A DNA stretch of 20,000 nucleotides from an uncultured virus (IMG/VR IMGVR_UViG_3300033066_001573) (lineage: Duplodnaviria; Heunggongvirae; Uroviricota; Caudoviricetes), in the IMG/VR virus record IMGVR_UViG_3300033066_001573, one strand, 5' to 3'. Shown one piece after another: positions 17,001 to 20,000 of the stretch (its first letter is position 1; the number at the start of each line of letters is the position of its first letter). Position numbers and translations under genes: made by a program. The notes under the pieces were generated by a model. It saw only the letters and a list, made by a program, of their open reading frames with translations. It ran no database searches and had not been told where the DNA came from.

Positions 17001-19730
17001 TAAATCTATTTTATAAAAATTAAACTTGGTTGGATAATCAAGTCTATAATTAAATTCTGCAATACAATTTTCTTCAGGATTACGTTTAAAATAAGTAAAA
17101 TCATAATCATCCAAGTCATACAAATTTACTAAAATATCTTTAGATTTTGGTAAAATCCTAAAAAATTCTGAATGACTAACTAAATCACCTAATTTTAGTG
17201 TGCTTTTATTTTCATACTTTTCAAGTAATTGTTTTTCAGTTAATAAAAACACATAACTATCGTCATCTATTTCACTTCTCCATTTTCCATCAAGACCAAT
17301 AAAATAACCTGTTTCGTAGAATATTTTCTCATCACTAAAACCTAATTTTTTAAATGACATTGCTGTTTCAAAAAGTTCAGTATTCCCATCTATAACTCCA
17401 CCAAATAACATTTTATCTTGGCTATTAGCTTCGTTCAAATAATACTTTCTAATTTTCTGTTGAGTAACCCTATCTAATTTTTTTGTAAAATCTAATATAG
17501 TTTTATTCTTATCACTTTGATTGAAATCTTGAAGCTTCTTTAAGGAAAGTTTATACTTAGTTTTTAATCTAATATACTCATCTGACTTACGAACTTCATC
17601 AGGAACTAGTCCCATATCATGTCTTTTTCCAATAATTTTATTCCATTCATCTGAGTAAAAAGAAACATCATTATCAAGTGAATATTTTTCTTTTAATAGA
17701 GCATCAATATTTTCAGGAATTGATATTCCATTAATAATAATTCCACCATCTTTCATTTCAATATTTTGTTTTTTAAAATCAGATAATAAACACTTGCCTT
17801 GATTTAATCCTGAATACGATTCTGAATCTAACATCCAAGTGCATTCTCCAAGCTCTCCCCAATGGTCTGCCTGTCTAATTACATATTCTCCATCGTACCA
17901 ATACTTACTTCCTGATTCAGAAATAAAATCAGGTTTTCTACTAGGCACTTCACTTCTGTATATTGAAGAAAAATCTGCGATAGTATTTAAATGGAAATTA
18001 CTAAAAGATATTTCTTCTGAACTATTGTCTTTAAAATAATTATTGTTTTCACCTCCATTATCAAAACTTATATCTCCACCATTTTCAAAATTAGTATCTT
18101 CTATCTCTAGTTGAGAAATAATATCATATATTTTTTGTTGAATCGTAGATGTATTTTTGTTTTTTTCAAATTCTCCTTTTAGCCACAAACAATATTTCTT
18201 ATCTAGTTTCCATATAGATAAAATATCTTTTCCATTATATTTTCCAAATGTAATTGTAGGGTTATTTTGTGAATTTATTTTAGTTGAAGATTTAATTCTA
18301 TAATCATCAGTTGATAAATTAACTCTTGTTGTTGGGTAATGAGAAATTAGCTTATTAACTGCTTTTAGCAAATCAATTGACACGTTTTGTAAATATTTAG
18401 CTACTATGACATTCCGCTTTGAGTTTACATCATATACTTCAGAATGTTTATATAAAGTATAATAATTTAGTTGTACCCCTGTCTTTTCAATTGTTATTTG
18501 TGGGAATTCTTGAGTTATTTTACTATTGTGTTTATCACACAACTCAATAGCCTCTTGTAATTCAACATCCGATACTTCTTCAAATATTGCTTTTAACTTC
18601 TGAAATTTATTTGAATCATTTAATTTTCTAGCCTTATCTAATTGATTTTTAAATCTTGGCTCACATTTAGAAATATTATTTTCTAATTGTAATTTAATAA
18701 AATCGTTTAATTTTATTTTTGTACTCACAATAGAGTATCCAAACTTATTCAAACACCAATCTAATCCGTTTTCTTTATATTCAATAGAGTTTAAAATAAA
18801 ATCTTTTACCTTATTCATTGTATACAAACTTATTTCACTATCTATATTATGGATTACACTTAATACATTTTTCGTTAGATATTTTGAAACGTATTTAGAA
18901 AGAAATGAAATCGGATTTACGCCACCACTTTCAAGGAAATGCTCATTTGCTTTTATAAAAGCAGTTTCATAATTATTATCTTTTGAATATTTTGATAAGG
19001 TTTTAAAATAATTACCAATTATAGAATTATAAAGATTTTCATAAATTTTATTATCTAAAATAAATTGGCAAAAATTAGTGAATTCAGAATAATTATTACT
19101 ATACTGATTCATCCAAATGTTTGCATTCTCATGATTAAAACTCATATTTAAAATATTTCCACCTTTAGCGTATCTTACATCAGGATTACTTCCATCAAAA
19201 TTAGTATTTGTACCATCAGCCAATTTTATTTGAGTTGGTTCAAAAACAACAAACTCTATATCTCCATATCCATCTATGGCTTTTACTCCATCATATTTAC
19301 CAACGATATTTTTTGTAAAATCCCTGCTTACACCTTTATTATCTAACATTTTTTCAGTTGAATAATTTTCATACCCTTTTGGCATTACATCATTATTTAT
19401 TACAAAAGTTTTTCTAATGTTTAGAAATATAGATAGAACCCTACCATTATCTCCTCTTGCATAATCGGATGCAAAACTTTTTGAACTTGAAAAATAAATC
19501 CCTTGCCCATAAGCACCTATTGTTGGCTTGTCCTTCTTAAATTCATTAAAATCAAATGTAGTTCCGTGATAAACAACTAAAGGCTCACCATTTTCATCCA
19601 CAACTTTACTTGAATTTTCAGGCGAATTTTCCCAATCCCCAAACCAAGAAATAAACGCAGGTGTACGCACCAAACGATATTGTTCAGGAGTTAGATTTGT
19701 CGGTTTTCCGTTGGGTGCTAATAATTCCAT
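11019..19730 (-). CDS. 2903-aa giant polyvalent protein with about 15 modules separated by [FMY]xxGG linkers
   Basis: Uninterrupted ORF. It contains two ART-PolyVal-like modules, two LPD23+zincin modules, a GNAT-like module, an R-S-E ART-like module, a DUF3140-like module and several unknown modules. Confidence 0.9.
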   Translation of the reverse strand: MELLAPNGKPTNLTPEQYRLVRTPAFISWFGDWENSPENSSKVVDENGEPLVVYHGTTFDFNEFKKDKPTIGAYGQGIYFSSSKSFASDYARGDNGRVLSIFLNIRKTFVINNDVMPKGYENYSTEKMLDNKGVSRDFTKNIVGKYDGVKAIDGYGDIEFVVFEPTQIKLADGTNTNFDGSNPDVRYAKGGNILNMSFNHENANIWMNQYSNNYSEFTNFCQFILDNKIYENLYNSIIGNYFKTLSKYSKDNNYETAFIKANEHFLESGGVNPISFLSKYVSKYLTKNVLSVIHNIDSEISLYTMNKVKDFILNSIEYKENGLDWCLNKFGYSIVSTKIKLNDFIKLQLENNISKCEPRFKNQLDKARKLNDSNKFQKLKAIFEEVSDVELQEAIELCDKHNSKITQEFPQITIEKTGVQLNYYTLYKHSEVYDVNSKRNVIVAKYLQNVSIDLLKAVNKLISHYPTTRVNLSTDDYRIKSSTKINSQNNPTITFGKYNGKDILSIWKLDKKYCLWLKGEFEKNKNTSTIQQKIYDIISQLEIEDTNFENGGDISFDNGGENNNYFKDNSSEEISFSNFHLNTIADFSSIYRSEVPSRKPDFISESGSKYWYDGEYVIRQADHWGELGECTWMLDSESYSGLNQGKCLLSDFKKQNIEMKDGGIIINGISIPENIDALLKEKYSLDNDVSFYSDEWNKIIGKRHDMGLVPDEVRKSDEYIRLKTKYKLSLKKLQDFNQSDKNKTILDFTKKLDRVTQQKIRKYYLNEANSQDKMLFGGVIDGNTELFETAMSFKKLGFSDEKIFYETGYFIGLDGKWRSEIDDDSYVFLLTEKQLLEKYENKSTLKLGDLVSHSEFFRILPKSKDILVNLYDLDDYDFTYFKRNPEENCIAEFNYRLDYPTKFNFYKIDLYIDFKYIKEHGEERKKYPNESSIGLCALHEMQHILQNQRGNRRSSTDSERRKQFSEEIERARIQLQDVSNSIGSDVSNDKYDLENYLNYLIVNESSYLHELYYNDPAEVEARAVVQRFINKDKSFPSELNYSPEAMKKGGSINPYAVCTTSIGKTEDTQKRSDWSEEGLDKYERCVLKVKAKMSNGGELKIEKKKVYEGDNALRDMPLDEVEKYIGIYHEQEGNIFFAKNRFLIWFYDTTEFAPKINSGEYDFLMFPNRMKGFSFNSVGIIDEIWTSKWQNKFKGAKNLLGMVQGYYDEANNKIVIHFMSVRPSAKRNHINSFMIQYAKKVFNSNDVVFHEPTEQGQSFIDSNKFEQGGDLKNKIKVQVEYDLLAPNGKPSNLTPEQYKLVRSPDFISWFGNWIEDPENASKVVDSNGEPKECYHGTIKGGFTKFDSKRFPTVGYFAEDYNFSKNFILAKKRYRIDVENEMIYNVFLSIKNPIDLTSIKDGYEDISMEEFIKHLPYEIDSFHDTWKNQIIKNEQPLIAFLANNDIIDSFKRNGYDGVKFHEGTIENRKDYHDDEFEVTSTVSWIAFYPEQIKLSDGTNTTFDSNNPDIRFEDGGGVSFDKVISASSRFRPTETVVFDPPLEGKNGAKLISYTWSYEWTMKPNYEGELVSKRVSDWTQAEISAETGRDIVHQYTILMPSGEYKTVSSDSVPVLLGYLDKKELKSFPNLVTASKTLAKQQMQLAILESQKKEYDDLYAKFEKAEKPEIKEVGEDSKFSAIIESYKKGAYSNYAMGDVTYRQDNDYVYGTESYKKRPISRTTIEQLTWAWISKRVEENGGVNPRGLYDLKNRVARQKRKVENILNSKMENGGTINENIYEHIYYKDYPKEYVDSIISLILSDKVKSDIDRIEALGNMGEFKDAHKLCLDLYKYLSEQSPLENGSWGKEHHNSIDKIRQSTASLGYVFHEGGKFIIEHDRNNKFKLLDEPIVRNWTEYIYDLKSRVNEYSGKNVFDLNELKFESGGVIVGEEMADNKFPTLDEAYDIIETEESNQGGVWIAEEDSDYSEDAKFQDKEQAMLYVKEIYDFIESISDDDFIPVYRCVSAEEVDLDPYSIGESWSIYLDSAKEFGRHLGEPLSKLKIISGYVPKENVDWENAIRLYHLFSDSSSSESEFELPIPSNNKILNVTVSNFKDAKELPEYNENYKNGGEFSDFDKDYYEDAYRDRSEGTVIRQVYDSGILNENERYIFSSEKEIKFREDKQEQNETDKPEGLWYSIGNEWAEEVSNQLDFLANRYNYVHKIKITDKVLSINTIDEAIDFTKKYGVQEHGSYMNRFLIKWVDVAEDYSGIEVKDPASWSRIDDTYVRIEDGNQKNYNLRYLFWWMFSWDVASGCVWREDGIESIELFDWEQEIMDSYGQFENGGYLGSLLYGEIEKKNQQEKANELRSALLKEGFFVNQPNTSITDFGVSTYISFIDEFNVYRKFRISDHPVTNHERISNEYHYSQNTDVNKLVESVKRDIEETRKNNLIRIDLEAKDKERTLLANEKWERIKVDFEGLCFKKNDRIYQDLTKFSENKNRSNIYQKALDNNRYGETPYYYEWTESKNSNEYCSEKPSREFIENYEGNIKMLKGGYLEKEEKDDIYKDWKELINMSYSELKEFYDSEEGKVAGLKKSEADELGIHSGRESARWIMKMKKTKREDWTNEMWAWAKRQIGFVKRMSGAKGDLIDEKGNKTRKYLSLLIWGHNPKKSNNEKKMFGGIIGSKKLNYSGRVFVGKDNNWRFEFSDHKAKLLIDINDILDKKINNVPLIHFIQHRELFKAYPELRDIKVVFKSKEDYFTDNPKMYDFKGEFNIFVFSLAYDKTTDLDKQILIYIDYERANKITSTEMYNMVLRGTITEVQHAIQQAEGFGEERGLSYFVEKEQRKYARVLKEVWGKITSLPEKSIERIQAEADFNIRLKEIRENARLQYENQLLEIESIDSANRIKLNKSQRDSNPSEIEKQ
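11022..11750 (-). other. LPD23-like + zincin module (copy B, degenerate: TEVQH instead of HExxH)
   Basis: FVGKDNNWRFEFSD..HRELFKAYPELRDIKV..ITEVQHAIQQAEGF (TEVQH at 11325-11339)..EIES. Confidence 0.7.
11763..12134 (-). other. DUF3140-like module
   Basis: INMSYSELKEF..GIHSGRESARWI..IGFVKRM..YLSLLIWGHNP resembles the DUF3140 pattern VNMTxxEL..SG..RYSLxNWGHDP. Bounded by MLKGG and KMFGG. Confidence 0.65.
13425..13964 (-). other. R-S-E-type ADP-ribosyltransferase-like module
   Basis: VYR (13734-13742), GESWS, SAKEF, ESEFEL (~13510-13527) occur in the order expected for R-S-E ARTs. Bounded by FESGG and YKNGG. Confidence 0.55.
15204..15923 (-). other. ART-PolyVal-like module, copy 2
   Basis: LLAPNGKPSNLTPEQY..CYHGT..GYFAED..VFLSIKNP..GYDGVKF..SWIAFYPEQIK. 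Confidence 0.75.
15939..16439 (-). other. GNAT-like acetyltransferase module
   Basis: IVIHFMSVRPSAKRNHINSFMIQY..FHEPTEQGQSF resembles GNAT motif A (VxPxxRRxG) and the following helix. Bounded by MSNGG and FEQGG. Confidence 0.5.
16596..17396 (-). other. LPD23-like + zincin metallopeptidase module (copy A, intact HExxH)
   Basis: IFYETGYFIGLDGKWRSEIDDD..KLGDLVSHSEFF..HEMQHILQ (HEMQH at 16902-16916)..YYNDPAEVEARAV. Confidence 0.8.
19173..19730 (-). other. ART-PolyVal-like module, copy 1 (H/Y/E-type motifs intact)
   Basis: VVYHGT (YHGT at 19560-19571), YGQGIYFS, ASDYA, YDGV, EFVVFEPTQIK. This is the pattern of ART domains in DarA-like/large polyvalent proteins. Confidence 0.8.
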
Positions 19731-20000
19731 TATTCTATAACTCTTTTATATTCAGGTCTTAAATAAACTTTTTTGTATTTTACTCCACTAAGATAAACAA
19801 TATCATCTTTCCACCAATGTAGCTCTCTACCTAACTTATACTCAACTTTTTCAACAGAATATGAATCAGCTATCTCCACTGCATGTTCTATTTTTTTTGG
19901 TTTTGTAAAATTTAAATCACCACCTTTTTTGAAAGAATACTCTTCTTTTAAAATTATTTTAACTTCTTTAGGTAAAGACTTTTTTAGTTTACTATCAGGA
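19730..20000 (-). CDS. 3' end of an upstream modular gene (truncated by the window; not in the ORF track)
   Basis: My manual translation is ...PDSKLKKSLPKEVKIILKEEYSFKKGGDLNFTK...RPEYKRVIE*. It contains the FKKGG-DL linker (19919-19933), and its TAA overlaps the next ATG by 1 nt (TAATG). Confidence 0.8.
   Translation of the reverse strand, partial: PDSKLKKSLPKEVKIILKEEYSFKKGGDLNFTKPKKIEHAVEIADSYSVEKVEYKLGRELHWWKDDIVYLSGVKYKKVYLRPEYKRVIE

Larger units (their letters stand above)
15720..19724 (-). repeat. Dispersed direct repeats forming the conserved ends of the two ART modules: 19560-19724 ~ 15720-15884 and 19158-19238 ~ 15189-15269
   Basis: Near-identical gap-free peptide blocks LLAPNGKP(T/S)NLTPEQY(R/K)LVR..FISWFG..SKVVD.NGEP..YHGT (55 codons each) and PxQIKLxDGTNTxFDxxNPDxR(Y/F)xxGG (27 codons each). 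Confidence 0.85.

Noticed and set aside
6365..18039. Short ORFs 6365-6562, 12656-12865, 17839-18039 (+)
   Set aside because: Antisense to long, motif-bearing genes, with no independent support.
1307..19730. Other GG dipeptides (e.g. LTKGG, ELGG, LFGG in the helicase; LESGG, IKGG, EENGG, SNQGG, NHGG, DIGG)
   Set aside because: They lack the F/M/Y at -3 or lie inside recognisable domains, so they were not counted as linkers.
1..20000. Stop-codon reassignment (alternative genetic code)
   Set aside because: Multi-kb ORFs are open under the standard code with no in-frame TAG/TGA. All five visible stops are TAA, which is uninformative in AT-rich DNA.
1..20000. CRISPR array, tRNA/rRNA, IS element, intein or DGR
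   Set aside because: No regular nucleotide repeat-spacer structure and no non-coding room. No transposase or reverse transcriptase motifs and no intein splice motifs were seen. Differences between the ART repeats do not look adenine-specific.

Overview
AT-rich, almost fully coding 20-kb segment with six co-oriented minus-strand genes, two of them truncated by the window edges. It looks like the 'polyvalent protein' / virion-delivered effector region of a large (jumbo-type) phage. A Bacteroidota host is plausible, based on SD-less A-rich starts and one TAnnTTTG box. The genes encode a 2903-aa and a 1368-aa multi-module protein, a 307-aa modular protein and a 1531-aa strawberry-notch-type SF2 helicase. 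The two large proteins carry ADP-ribosyltransferase-like, LPD23+zincin, GNAT-like, DUF3140-like, DUF5661-like and unknown modules. The most striking signal is a linker, [F/M/Y]-x-x-G-G-x-[I/L/V/F], occurring about 25 times across all six ORFs and almost always at domain boundaries. It suggests a di-glycine-punctuated polyprotein system, with the motif acting as a cleavage site and/or packaging tag and possibly as a module-exchange point. No GATC site was found by eye in the whole window. Domain names come from motif recognition, not database searches.
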